From Candidatus Vogelbacteria bacterium (GTDB taxonomy: Bacteria; Patescibacteriota; Minisyncoccia; Phycocordibacterales; XYD1-FULL-46-19): 64,000 bases of DNA. The stretch lies in the NCBI GenBank assembly GCA_903878275.1, contig CAIRHC010000011.1:19116-83115 (forward strand), read 5' to 3'. Within the stretch, counting starts at the first letter, position 1, and each line of letters begins with the position of its first letter. Both the position numbers and the translations under genes were made by a program. The notes under the pieces are model-generated. The model was not told the origin of the DNA, did not search any database, and was given only the letters and a program-made list of their open reading frames with translations. Below are positions 1-9,896 of the stretch, one piece after another.

Positions 1-153
1 AAAAAAGCATTCCGTGAATCAGATGCGAAAAAGTATAAGGATCAGCTACTCGTTGAGATTGCTCGCTACTCCAGATATTACCTTCCCATAAACCGAAGCG
101 CCCATCCGGACCAAGAGGTAGTCGTCCCATTAAAAATTCGATGGTTCCGGTAA
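1..153 (+). CDS. 3' end of a hypothetical protein (partial)
   Basis: Frame 1 is open from the window edge (KKAFRESDAKK...IRWFR) to TAA at 151-153, followed by a hairpin at 259-286. Confidence 0.5.
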   Translation, partial: KKAFRESDAKKYKDQLLVEIARYSRYYLPINRSAHPDQEVVVPLKIRWFR

Positions 154-258
154 CTATAAAAATAAGACCGGAGATAATTATTATCCGATTATATTTTTTC
201 AAAAAAATAATAATCCTTTCTTTCATCTTCCGCTCATTATAACTTATTTTTAAATTAA

Positions 259-286
259 GAAAAAATCGGCACTTGCCGATTTTTTC
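259..286. terminator. Bidirectional intrinsic terminator
   Basis: GAAAAAATCGGCA-ct-TGCCGATTTTTTC between convergent ORFs. Confidence 0.75.
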
Positions 287-320
287 TATAACTTATTTAA
301 AAAAAACGAGGTTGGACAAA

Positions 321-581
321 CTAAGACAAATGCTTTGAAACAAGCTTTGTCATTTCAAACATATTGACCCGTTCTTTGCCACCAAAAACTTCCTTCAACT
401 TAGCATCAGCAAGAATATCTCGCTTATTCTTTGGATCTTGCAGATCATTCTTCTTGATATAAACCCAGAGCTTTTTCACGACCTCTGATCGTGGCATAGG
501 CCCCTTACCTACAACTTCCGCTAGCTCATCACTAATGGTCATTGGCTTCATAAACGCTGAATTAACTTTTTTCTCTGCCAT
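321..581 (-). CDS. SWIB/MDM2 domain protein
   Basis: FMKP...S.ELA.VVG..PMPR.EVVKKLW.YIKKN.LQDP.NKR...D.KL..VF...V.MFEM.KL.SKHL signature. Confidence 0.92.
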   Translation of the reverse strand: MAEKKVNSAFMKPMTISDELAEVVGKGPMPRSEVVKKLWVYIKKNDLQDPKNKRDILADAKLKEVFGGKERVNMFEMTKLVSKHLS

Positions 582-687
582 ATATTTTTATGTTTAGGTT
601 AAAAATGTTCGGCCTTTTAATTAATAATTAGTAATAGCCTTATTATAGCAAACTACTCTAAAATACTCCACTACCGACACAAATTAA

Positions 688-719
688 AGACCATAGCACT
701 CTTTCGAGCACTACGGTCT
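688..719 (-). terminator. Intrinsic terminator of the ROK gene
   Basis: Minus strand AGACCGTAGTGCTC-GAAA-GAGTGCTATGGTCT followed by T-rich sequence. Confidence 0.7.
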
Positions 720-745
720 GATTGGATACGCCCCGCAACGAGCGC

Positions 746-1660
746 TTATAAGTTAAGCAGGTTGGTTGCTAGTGTCGCCGCACCAATAAAAGATTCGGCA
801 TCTTCGATTGCTTCCGGTGGTTCCGGCACAAGACGAAACGTCAACTTCGCTTCCCACGAGTGATTCATAAGGTGATTACGCATACTCGCCCGAATTGCTT
901 GCTCGATGCCCGGCAACCGCAAAGCGTGTTGGGCAAAAGTACCTTTCCAGACCACCGCCTGCAGATCCAAATTGAACTGCAAGATAGTCGCAAGGTGGAC
1001 ACCCATCGCCACAGCGATACCACCATAAACTTCTCTTGCCCATTTATCGCCAGACTGGTAAGCCCGGTCAAGAAAAGAGCAAGGGTTGCCAGACACCACG
1101 ATACCTAACGTTTGGGTTTCCATTACAACTCGCTGAATCGTGCTCAAACCACCGGCGACCGCTTCGATACATCCACGCATACCGCAACCACACAGCCTGG
1201 CATAGGGCGAAAAATCGACCATGGTATGCCCGCCTTCCGAGGCAGACACAATACCAAAGCCTTTCCGGTACAACCGTTCACCGATACCCGAACTCCATGT
1301 CGCGCCGAGAAAAAACGAAAGCTCGGGAAAGAGCTCTGCCATCCCCGTCACCGCTGTTTCCATATCATTGAAGACAAATGCCGGCTGACCACAATATTTC
1401 GTGACCGTTGATGCCAGTCTCTCACCATCAAGCCAGTGAACGTTTGGCGAATTCACGATCAAGTCGTAAGCCTCGATCACACCCGCCGACGAAAACGCCA
1501 CAGCCTTGGTTTCAATCGGAAGATTTTGGGTGGCAAACTCCACCAGCCTTTCTAAACAATAAAGCTGATTTTGAGGAACAACAACAATGTCGATTTTCTT
1601 ACCTTCGACATCAGCTCGACGGACACCTTTTCCGCCGATCTCAATAACCCGAATCGACAT
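746..1660 (-). CDS. ROK family protein (divergent sugar kinase/regulator)
   Basis: EIGG N-terminal motif, SPN, FND, SGIG, EGGH, CGCG.RGCIE zinc motif; AGGAGG SD. Confidence 0.85.
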   Translation of the reverse strand: MSIRVIEIGGKGVRRADVEGKKIDIVVVPQNQLYCLERLVEFATQNLPIETKAVAFSSAGVIEAYDLIVNSPNVHWLDGERLASTVTKYCGQPAFVFNDMETAVTGMAELFPELSFFLGATWSSGIGERLYRKGFGIVSASEGGHTMVDFSPYARLCGCGMRGCIEAVAGGLSTIQRVVMETQTLGIVVSGNPCSFLDRAYQSGDKWAREVYGGIAVAMGVHLATILQFNLDLQAVVWKGTFAQHALRLPGIEQAIRASMRNHLMNHSWEAKLTFRLVPEPPEAIEDAESFIGAATLATNLLNL

Positions 1661-1745
1661 AACAACCTCCTTTTATTTCTAAGAACAAAGCGATACGACC
1701 ACCGTACCAGTGCTGGCACCATTGCCAATTTAGTATCTACCAAAA

Positions 1746-1774
1746 AGACTACTGATAAAGTAGGTTTGTGTCAA
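1746..1774 (-). promoter_or_regulatory. Sigma70 promoter of the ROK gene
   Basis: TTGACA-17 nt-TAGTCT. Confidence 0.6.
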
Positions 1775-1799
1775 ACAAAAATAAAAACAAAGAGTTTTT

Positions 1800-2828
1800 C
1801 TATTTTATTATTATCTCACTATAAATATCGAGAAGGACAAACAGTAAACAAACCACCAACGGTCCAAGGATAAAGCCAATTGGGCCAAAAAAACTAATCC
1901 CACCAAAAACCGAAAGTAAAATCAAAAGTGGATGAAGCCCAACCCCCTTGCCGACGAACTTTGGTCCCAAAAAATTATCAATCAAGCCAACCGCCAAAAT
2001 TCCCCACAACAACATCCCGAAAGCATTTAAAGTTTGACCAACAAGATAAAGATAAATAATCGCTGGTGCTAAAACTAAGGCCGTACCTATTCCGGGAATA
2101 AGAGCACCGATTATCCCAAGCGATCCCCACATTATCGGATTTGGGACGCCAAATAAAGCAAATCCGATCGAACAAGAAATTCCCTGTAAGACCGCCACGA
2201 ACAAACTGCCCTTAACCACCGAGCCAATTGCCAGAGTTATTTTTTTAATAATCATTTCGCCATCTTCACGGTTGAGCGGGCTAAGATCCATAATTTTTTG
2301 TTTCAGCCGACCACCATCTTTAAGTAAAAAGAAAAATGCCATCAAGAAAATAAACAGGCTCACAAACATTTTTGCCAGATTGGAAAAAACCGTGCCCAAA
2401 TTTTGAACAAAGAAAATTAAAATATTTTTTAGGTATTGCTCGATATCGACGGAAAAGTTGCCGAGCATCGGTAAAAATTCGTTTAGCTTCTGATTGAGGT
2501 TTGGCCAAAGATCCATTAAGTATTGGACATTAAAACCACCAGCCAAACTAAAATAAAACCCTTCAGCCTCTCGGAAAATTTGAAAACCTAAAAAGACTAG
2601 CGGGGCAATAATAAAGATAATTAAAACTAAAATAGTCAGCGTAGACGCTAGCCACTCTTGCCCTCGAACTCGCCGAAGAATCTGCCGATAAAGTGGTTGA
2701 AAAATGAGAGCAAAAACCACCGCCAAAATTAACGGGTAAAGAAAAGGACGAAGCACAAAAAAAGTGAGGATTATCGCTAGACCCAGAAATGCCAATAGAG
2801 AGTACAATCTCAAATTTTCTTTTTGCAT
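1800..2828 (-). CDS. AI-2E family (PerM/YdiK-like) transporter
   Basis: Multi-TM protein; FFFLLKDG, LIPGIGT, IDNFL.PK, LHPLLILLSVFGG...FG..GFILGP motifs. Confidence 0.9.
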   Translation of the reverse strand: MQKENLRLYSLLAFLGLAIILTFFVLRPFLYPLILAVVFALIFQPLYRQILRRVRGQEWLASTLTILVLIIFIIAPLVFLGFQIFREAEGFYFSLAGGFNVQYLMDLWPNLNQKLNEFLPMLGNFSVDIEQYLKNILIFFVQNLGTVFSNLAKMFVSLFIFLMAFFFLLKDGGRLKQKIMDLSPLNREDGEMIIKKITLAIGSVVKGSLFVAVLQGISCSIGFALFGVPNPIMWGSLGIIGALIPGIGTALVLAPAIIYLYLVGQTLNAFGMLLWGILAVGLIDNFLGPKFVGKGVGLHPLLILLSVFGGISFFGPIGFILGPLVVCLLFVLLDIYSEIIIK

Positions 2829-2876
2829 TAGTTCAATTATAGCAGAAAGAAAATAAAAAAATAAATACTAGGCGAT

Positions 2877-4325
2877 TTATTTTTCTAAATCAAGAGTATT
2901 GTCAATACGAATTTTAGCGACAAATTCTGGCACGTGGCTGACTAGCACCATTGCTCCCTGATATTTATTTAGAGCTTCGGCAATTATCGGCAAATGACGA
3001 AAATTTATATGATTGGTCGGCTCATCCAAAATCAACAATCCGGGCTTCTGCAAAACCAAACGCGCGAAAGCCACCAAACCTTTTTGACCTTCCGACAAAT
3101 TACCAATTTTTTTATACACCAAATCGCCAGTGATTAAAAAGCTTGCCGCTGTCGCTCGTAATTTTTCTTCAATTTGTTCATCCATCACCGCTGACAAAGA
3201 TTGAAAAACCGTATCGTCAAAATTCAAAGTAGAAAAATCTTGACGGTAATAACCGACGCGAACCCCTGAAGCAATGACCGAGCCTTTCGCCTGATCATTC
3301 GCTAGAGCTTCGAGCAAAGTACTTTTGCCAATGCCGTTAGGACCAGACAAAAGTAAGTGTTGATTTTTCTTCAACGAAATATCGGTTTTTCTGGTCACTG
3401 GTTTGTGGTTTTTAATAACCGTAAAAGAAGAAATATTTAAAATTTCACCAGACAAATCTTCTTGAGCTGGAATAATAAACGGTCGAATCGTTTTGTCTTC
3501 GCGTCGAATATCCGCTTTTGATTCTTCCATCTCGTCCGCCAAATCACGCATTCTTTTCGCCAAGATTCGCATTTTTCCTCCCTTGTTGGCAAAAAAGTTG
3601 GCTTTATCTTTTTTCTCCTGAATGGTTTTAGACAGCTGGGCATTTTTAGCATTATCTTTTTCAATCTTGGCGGTGATTTGTTTTACGACATCAAAATAAT
3701 TGCCCGCATACTGCTCGACTTTTCTGGTAAAAACATCAAGATATAAAATGCCATCAGTGAAAGCATTTAGGAAATCGGCGTCGTGCGAAATGACGATGCA
3801 AGTTTTTTTGTAGTCTTTTAAAAATTTCGTCAGGTGTGCAATCCCCGCTTTGTCCAAATTATTTGTCGGCTCATCAAGAAGTAACAAATCAGGATCTTGA
3901 ATTAACGCCGAAGCTAAAAGTAAGCGCGCTTGTTGCCCACCAGAAAAAGATTTTACGATTCGATCGTGCGGGGCGTGCAAGTTGACCGCTTCTAAAATAT
4001 CATCGATCCGTGGATCAATGTCGTAAACTTTTTGTTTAAAACATTTTTGAAAAAATTCTCGCACCGTCAAATCCATTTGATCACGCGGAATAACTTGCTT
4101 CGCCGTCGCCACGGTAATTTTTTCAGACACGATAATTATGCCGGAATCTGGTTTTAAGGCTCCCGTCAAAAGCTGAAAAATTGTACTTTTCCCAGCGCCG
4201 TTTTGACCCATTAAAGTAATCTTGGTTCCCTGTTTAGCCGAAAAATCCACCTCGTCCAAAATCGGATGATTGTGACCGTAACCAAAAGATACCTCGTCAA
4301 ATTTTATAATTGATTCATTTGCCAT
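2877..4325 (-). CDS. ABC-F family ATP-binding protein
   Basis: Two ABC domains (GQNGAGKST/FSGGQ/LLLDEPTN and GPNGIGKST/LSEGQ/LILDEPTN), no TM segments; start placed at MANES. Confidence 0.9.
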   Translation of the reverse strand: MANESIIKFDEVSFGYGHNHPILDEVDFSAKQGTKITLMGQNGAGKSTIFQLLTGALKPDSGIIIVSEKITVATAKQVIPRDQMDLTVREFFQKCFKQKVYDIDPRIDDILEAVNLHAPHDRIVKSFSGGQQARLLLASALIQDPDLLLLDEPTNNLDKAGIAHLTKFLKDYKKTCIVISHDADFLNAFTDGILYLDVFTRKVEQYAGNYFDVVKQITAKIEKDNAKNAQLSKTIQEKKDKANFFANKGGKMRILAKRMRDLADEMEESKADIRREDKTIRPFIIPAQEDLSGEILNISSFTVIKNHKPVTRKTDISLKKNQHLLLSGPNGIGKSTLLEALANDQAKGSVIASGVRVGYYRQDFSTLNFDDTVFQSLSAVMDEQIEEKLRATAASFLITGDLVYKKIGNLSEGQKGLVAFARLVLQKPGLLILDEPTNHINFRHLPIIAEALNKYQGAMVLVSHVPEFVAKIRIDNTLDLEK

Positions 4326-4427
4326 AAGTTTAAAACTAAACAAAAATACGCTCCTTTTGAGCGATTTTCCTAGCATTGCTATTGTAACACGATTTTAAAA
4401 AAATTGACAGGTTAAATTTTCCTCATC

Positions 4428-5357
4428 TTATCTTCTTGATTCAAAGAAATTTTCTAAAGCTTGAGCTGTCGAAGAAGCCGCTTTGTCAATAAAAATATCT
4501 CGGGTCGTCGTACTCTGCATAAAATCCTCATAAATATATGAATATTCCGTAAGCACGCTTAAAGAATCGGCGGTATTGTATCGTCCTAAAGCAATCAATT
4601 CTTGATCTTCAATTATTCCCCCACTTTCTTTTTTCATCGTACTTATTTTTTGGATCTTCAACATTTCTATTAGTATATCCTTCGCCAAAATTTTACTTGA
4701 AATCGAATTAGAATATTGTTTTTCTGGCACATAAATCGAAAAGCCTTCATAATTTGGCTTGTCTTTATATTTCGGATTATCATTGAAATGAAGATGCAAG
4801 GTCACGTCCACACCGTTTTCGCTCGCCCATTTATTTATACCAAACAAAAAAGTTGCCGCTTCTGGTGCCGCTGTCGCATGACCCATTTCCGCTTCGACGA
4901 TGGTAAATTTGCCGTCATCCACCAAACCCAGCATTTCTTTTTTTCGATCTTTTACCCAAGCATCAATTTCTTTTTTATTATTATCAACATAACTCTTCAA
5001 TTCCGGATTCCAACCATTTTCATCTCTTGACATCACCACTTCAAACCGCGGATTTTGCGCTAAGATATTTTTTAGCTTTTCGCCCAACTGCAAATTTAAA
5101 GTTCGCTCTTTTAGATTTTTGTACCTCGCTCCACCATCTCTTGGCTCGTGTCCGGGCACAATTAAAATCTTAATTTTCCCGCCCGGTTTCGCTTGGTCAT
5201 ATTTGAAAACCAAATCTTTGACCGATACACCGATCGAGAAAAAGGCGGCTGCCAGATTATTCGCCTTATAAAAAGACGAGACAATAATATTTTTTGAGCC
5301 ATACAAAAAACCCAAACAAATTACGATAAAAATTCCAATAATAATTTTATTTTTCAT
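4428..5357 (-). CDS. N-acetylmuramoyl-L-alanine amidase (Amidase_3)
   Basis: N-terminal TM anchor; I.PGH...E...N, MSRD, LHFN, VLTE zinc/catalytic pattern. Confidence 0.8.
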   Translation of the reverse strand: MKNKIIIGIFIVICLGFLYGSKNIIVSSFYKANNLAAAFFSIGVSVKDLVFKYDQAKPGGKIKILIVPGHEPRDGGARYKNLKERTLNLQLGEKLKNILAQNPRFEVVMSRDENGWNPELKSYVDNNKKEIDAWVKDRKKEMLGLVDDGKFTIVEAEMGHATAAPEAATFLFGINKWASENGVDVTLHLHFNDNPKYKDKPNYEGFSIYVPEKQYSNSISSKILAKDILIEMLKIQKISTMKKESGGIIEDQELIALGRYNTADSLSVLTEYSYIYEDFMQSTTTRDIFIDKAASSTAQALENFFESRR

Positions 5358-5890
5358 TAAAAATCACTCGGACAAATATTTGTACAATCAATCCTTGGCT
5401 CTTCAGAAAAGCATCCGTAACCGCAAGCACAATTTGTGTAATAAGGTTTCTGTCCTGGCGGGCAACTCATTGTAGCAGAATTGACGTTTTGGGTTGATGT
5501 CGATCTTGAGACTGGGGTTGAAGTTGCTTGCACATTAATATTCCCCACAACAACGCAGTCAGCAAAGGTCGTCGTACTGACTTCATCAACAAAAGCTGTA
5601 TCCCCTTTATTCCAAAACACAAACGATTCATCGGCATTGGCATAGCGAGCACCTGAAGCTGAAATAGCTTGAGGCAAAAGAATCTTCCGACCATCACTAA
5701 GTGACAGCGCCACCTGATCTTTGAAAAATGCCGCTTGAATAGACTTACCCGCCGCACAATTAAAATTTGCCGAATTTATAACATTTTTAACATCCAACAC
5801 TGGAGCCGAGGGGTTAGATTTTTGATAAAAATAAAAAGCACCACCAGCGACAACAACCAAAACAACAACGATTATTAAAAAATTTTTCAT
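5357..5890 (-). CDS. MliC/PliC-family lysozyme inhibitor with a Cys-rich tail
   Basis: LPQAISASGARY...FWNKG motif; N-terminal TM segment. Confidence 0.85.
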   Translation of the reverse strand: MKNFLIIVVVLVVVAGGAFYFYQKSNPSAPVLDVKNVINSANFNCAAGKSIQAAFFKDQVALSLSDGRKILLPQAISASGARYANADESFVFWNKGDTAFVDEVSTTTFADCVVVGNINVQATSTPVSRSTSTQNVNSATMSCPPGQKPYYTNCACGYGCFSEEPRIDCTNICPSDF

Positions 5891-5986
5891 AGGTTTATTT
5901 TTTATTAAATAAATAATGAGATCATTGTACCTCAAAACTTCAGATTTTAAAATCCTTGTTTTTGCTCACCAGCCAGATTACCTAAT

Positions 5987-6310
5987 TTATTCCACCTCGA
6001 CCGCTGTGCCATAGCACAGCACTTCGGTGACACTTTGCATAAGTTCGGTCGTATCATAACGCACACCGACGATCGCGTTGGCGCCCATTTCTTCAGCGTG
6101 TTTAATCATCAGCTCAAAAGCTTCCTCGCGCGTCTTTTCACAAAGTTCGGTAAAGAGCGAGATATTCCCACCCAAAATAGTTTGGAGCGAACCGCCGATT
6201 GTTCCGATGATCGATCGCGACCGCACAACAATCCCCTTCACGACTCCTAAATTTTTAACAATCTTTTTCCCCGGCAATTCAAATGTTGTGGTGGTGTTTT
6301 GGTGATTCAT
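5987..6310 (-). CDS. YbjQ/UPF0145 family protein
   Basis: LGVVKG..VR...GG....TEL...R..A...A...GANAIVG.RYD...EV..YGTAV. Confidence 0.9.
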   Translation of the reverse strand: MNHQNTTTTFELPGKKIVKNLGVVKGIVVRSRSIIGTIGGSLQTILGGNISLFTELCEKTREEAFELMIKHAEEMGANAIVGVRYDTTELMQSVTEVLCYGTAVEVE

Positions 6311-6314
6311 ATTT

Positions 6315-6602
6315 TTATTTGTTGTTATCGTTATCAGGTTTTTTTAAATCTGCCATCTGGATGGGACTTTGAATTTGCGGGGTAACCATATTAATTTCGC
6401 CAAATTGTTTCTCGTAATTTTTAATTTGATCACCTACCCAAATAGCAATGCTTTTCATCATTTGTGGAGTTGTGGCAAAAGAATCCAGACTATTACCAGA
6501 AGTTAGCGCAAAAGAAAATAATTCTTTATTGAAAGCACCAAGAGCGCCATCGCAAAATTTTTTCGGCAGTTGATTAAAATCAATTTGTTTTGGATCAATC
6601 AT
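6315..6602 (-). CDS. Hypothetical protein (DUF3467-like)
   Basis: C-terminal TPQMMK...[11 protein letters not shown] resembles DUF3467. Confidence 0.6.
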   Translation of the reverse strand: MIDPKQIDFNQLPKKFCDGALGAFNKELFSFALTSGNSLDSFATTPQMMKSIAIWVGDQIKNYEKQFGEINMVTPQIQSPIQMADLKKPDNDNNK

Positions 6603-6671
6603 GATTTTTTTAAATTTTAGATTAGTTAATAAAAGGTTCTTACTTATACTAAAGTTCAATCTCCCGTTCTT

Positions 6672-7736
6672 TTATTCGCACACCACATAATGTAAATACT
6701 CTGTTGTTCTTTTCGCCGAATAATCCCTATTTTCTGTTTTATCTGCCTTAAAACGACCATAGTCCTTCGTAAAATACCCATATTTACCCCTCAAACTCAT
6801 CACCTCCTTAATGTCATCCAACGTCATTAATCCCTCATTATTGTAACTTAAAAAAATATATTTTACCTTTGCCTTTAAAATCAAATCTTTAAAAACGTTT
6901 TTTACTTGAGAGCTCGAACAATAGAGTGATTTTTGTTCTTGATAATCTCGCAAACCAGTTTTTCCGTGAATTTCCGGGCTATCATATTTAGCGATAGTTT
7001 CAAGCAAGTGATAATTTGTGGCGTACTGTCGGTGATTATACGGCGGATCTAAATACAGAATATCACCATCAACTTTTTCTAATAAATTATTTATATCTTC
7101 ATTAAAAACTTCATGATCTTGATCATTTATTATTAATTGGGCAGGTTTTAAAACTAAACTGTTTTGTGCTGTTTTCTTTAATTTTTTCAGAAAAGCACCA
7201 TAAACGGAAGCGGTGTTTGCATACTTATCAATTGATTCAAGCAGGCTCGTGATTAAAAAGAAGTATTCATTATCCGAAATTAGTTTTTCTGTTTTCCATT
7301 TTTCAATTTTCTGACGAATCGCATCACACCTCATACCATTTTCGTCTGAAAAATACTGTCGTTCTTCTTTATTTTTCGTTCCACCGACACAGTAATTTTT
7401 ATAAATAAATCCTTTTGTACCTTTTAAATCTGCTAAATAATTACAGACAAAATCTTTTTTGTTTGCTAGCTCAATATTTTTCAATTCAGGAATTTCTTTT
7501 ATTAAATTAGAAAATTTTAATTGTTTGTGGTTGCCAATATAGTGTCTATTTAAAACATAACTGTAATACTGAATATCATTTGCGACAATTTTATAGCCTT
7601 TCTTTTTAAAATACCGCCCAACAATTCCGGTACCAGCAAATAAATCGCAAAAAGTATCGCAGTTTTTATCAACCACTTTATTTATTGATTCTTCCAAAAA
7701 TTCCAACAATGATAATTTACTACCGATGTAGTTCAT
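6672..7736 (-). CDS. DNA adenine methyltransferase (D12 class, M.NlaIII/M.CviAII-like)
   Basis: MNYIGSK start, DLFAGTG motif I, YLDPPYN.RQY..NYH.LE motif IV, ANTASVYGAFLK. Confidence 0.9.
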   Translation of the reverse strand: MNYIGSKLSLLEFLEESINKVVDKNCDTFCDLFAGTGIVGRYFKKKGYKIVANDIQYYSYVLNRHYIGNHKQLKFSNLIKEIPELKNIELANKKDFVCNYLADLKGTKGFIYKNYCVGGTKNKEERQYFSDENGMRCDAIRQKIEKWKTEKLISDNEYFFLITSLLESIDKYANTASVYGAFLKKLKKTAQNSLVLKPAQLIINDQDHEVFNEDINNLLEKVDGDILYLDPPYNHRQYATNYHLLETIAKYDSPEIHGKTGLRDYQEQKSLYCSSSQVKNVFKDLILKAKVKYIFLSYNNEGLMTLDDIKEVMSLRGKYGYFTKDYGRFKADKTENRDYSAKRTTEYLHYVVCE

Positions 7737-7804
7737 ATCTTGATTATAACATACTTGAGGTAAAATCTATGTCCAAACTTAAGCTTTTATGATAAGATTT
7801 TTCT

Positions 7805-8536
7805 ATGTTAAATAATGAACAAATAGGTGTGTCCGCGGAAATTTCAATTGCAGATATTTTTAATATTTCTATAAGTGATAACTATCGTAATCGTGGAGTA
7901 CAAAATGTTACAAATACCATTAAACCCATTATTACTAATATTTTTCAGATGAATAGTATTCCATTACCGATAAGACACGTTGCTGAAAATCAAAATACAA
8001 TTGATTTTATCCTTGAAAACAACAAGACTTTATCCGTAAAAACCAACAAACAAAAATTAGGTAAAGCCGCGCCACAAAAAATTGGTCAAGCATCATCAAA
8101 TACTTGGTTTGCAATTTTAGCAGAACGCTTAGGTATAGCATACATACCAACCGCTTATCCTGAAAAAGTCAAACTTTTTAAAATAATTGCACTAACAAGA
8201 ATCGAAGAATTACTTGCTATTTATTGGGAGTATATGTTTGATTGTGATTTTTTGATCCATATTTTTAATATAGTTGATTCTAGCGATGTACCCACTAATG
8301 ATCCAAAATACATAGTAATCAAAAAAACCAGTAGCCCTATTTGGGATCCTACAAAAATTACATTTACAAAAGCAACAGTTTCTGAATGGAATGAAAGCAA
8401 CACGGTAAAATACGAATATGACGGCGTGGTAATAGGTGAATTCCAAGTTCACAACAATAGAGATAATTTCAAATTTCGTTTCAATATGGCTGGAATTTTC
8501 AAATTGATAACAGAAGACCGTCTTAACTTTTCTTAA
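7805..8536 (+). CDS. Putative type II restriction endonuclease
   Basis: Lies between two MTase genes; PD-(D/E)xK-like IDF...LSVKT motif; low GC. Confidence 0.6.
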   Translation: MLNNEQIGVSAEISIADIFNISISDNYRNRGVQNVTNTIKPIITNIFQMNSIPLPIRHVAENQNTIDFILENNKTLSVKTNKQKLGKAAPQKIGQASSNTWFAILAERLGIAYIPTAYPEKVKLFKIIALTRIEELLAIYWEYMFDCDFLIHIFNIVDSSDVPTNDPKYIVIKKTSSPIWDPTKITFTKATVSEWNESNTVKYEYDGVVIGEFQVHNNRDNFKFRFNMAGIFKLITEDRLNFS

Positions 8537-9308
8537 AAATCATTATGTACTCATGTTTAAATATGTAGTAATCACTTGATAATGCTCGATACCGCCAAAT
8601 ACCTTCTTTATTTTGCTTTGCCCGGTTACCTTCCATATTCTTGATTATAATACTTTTTAGAGTAAGTCCTAATTTTTGTGCTTCATTCATACAGTAAAAT
8701 CCAAGCGGTATCCATTGCCCAGCGGTGTATTTATCACCAATAATAATTGCTAAATATCTGTCCTTTTCTAAAATAGATATAGTGTTTTTAAGAACCAAAC
8801 TAAAACCATATAAAAATTCCTCCAAGGATTTTTCGTTTGATAAATCGTCTTTTAGATCACTAAATTTTATAATATCAGCATAAGGTGGATGCAAAATTGC
8901 TAAACTAACATTATTCTTTTTTTGTTTTTTTAGAATTTCGTTCACCTTATAAAAAGTGGTATCTTTTGAGCTGTCTCCCGAGATCATTTCTGAAAAATAT
9001 TCTTTATTATCAACCTTTGTTTTTAACTTTTCGATTAGGTCTTTTTGAATATCAACGCCAATAAAATGCCTGCCAAGAGTTTCAGCCTCAAAAGCAGTTG
9101 TTCCGCTTCCAACAAATGGGTCAAAAACAACTTCGTTTTTCTTGGTATATCTTAAGATTAGCTGGTGTGGTATTTGGGGAATAAAATTGCCATGATAAAA
9201 ATTGCTATGCTTCCCAGACTTATCTCTCTCTTTAATAACCCAAAGACTATCAGTTAAAATTTCTGATTCTTTCCAATTTTCGAGATTTAAATCATTAAAA
9301 ACTGCCAT
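8523..9308 (-). CDS. Amino-DNA methyltransferase (N4/N6) with HPPY motif IV
   Basis: HGNFIPQIP...RYT, DPFVGSGTT motif I, ILHPPY. Confidence 0.85.
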   Translation of the reverse strand: MAVFNDLNLENWKESEILTDSLWVIKERDKSGKHSNFYHGNFIPQIPHQLILRYTKKNEVVFDPFVGSGTTAFEAETLGRHFIGVDIQKDLIEKLKTKVDNKEYFSEMISGDSSKDTTFYKVNEILKKQKKNNVSLAILHPPYADIIKFSDLKDDLSNEKSLEEFLYGFSLVLKNTISILEKDRYLAIIIGDKYTAGQWIPLGFYCMNEAQKLGLTLKSIIIKNMEGNRAKQNKEGIWRYRALSSDYYIFKHEYIMIFKKS

Positions 9309-9569
9309 AATTGTTAATTCATTCTAACACTACCACCGCCAACAGCAAACAGGTTCATTCTTGCTGAACTTGTGTTTTAATAATTTAATAACTTGAGCTA
9401 TTTTTTACCCTCTTTGACTTTTTTGTAGATGATTATGACTAGACTTCTTATGAGGAAAATCCTCCCAAAAAGTAGCCGGATTTCCGCTAGTTGCTACCAA
9501 TTTAAGAGTGTAATATAATCGGGCTATATTAGGTTGTCGCTTATTATTAGTCTTAATTTCATAATTAAT

Positions 9570-9881
9570 ATGTCTAAAAATGTAATTTATATCGCAATTG
9601 TTGTTTTAGTTTTAATTTTGGTCGGTGCCGGCTGGTGGTTTATGAGCTCATCAAAAACCCCAGTTCCAGAACCAGTTGTCGCAACTAGCACACCTGCGAC
9701 CACGACTCCAGTTCAAGCTCCAATCAACCCGTCACCAGATATTAGCACCCCCACCGATAGTTCTGATGCTTCGCTTGAGCAAGATTTATCAGCTGTCGAT
9801 GTTCAATTAAAAAATCTCGACGCCGATTCGACGACGCTCGACCAAAGTTTGAAAAACCAAAAAGAGATTCCGATTCAATAA
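9570..9881 (+). CDS. Membrane-anchored Pro/Thr-rich hypothetical protein
   Basis: N-terminal TM segment, low-complexity linker, short helical tail. Confidence 0.75.
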   Translation: MSKNVIYIAIVVLVLILVGAGWWFMSSSKTPVPEPVVATSTPATTTPVQAPINPSPDISTPTDSSDASLEQDLSAVDVQLKNLDADSTTLDQSLKNQKEIPIQ

Positions 9882-9896
9882 TAATTATTTAAAAAT

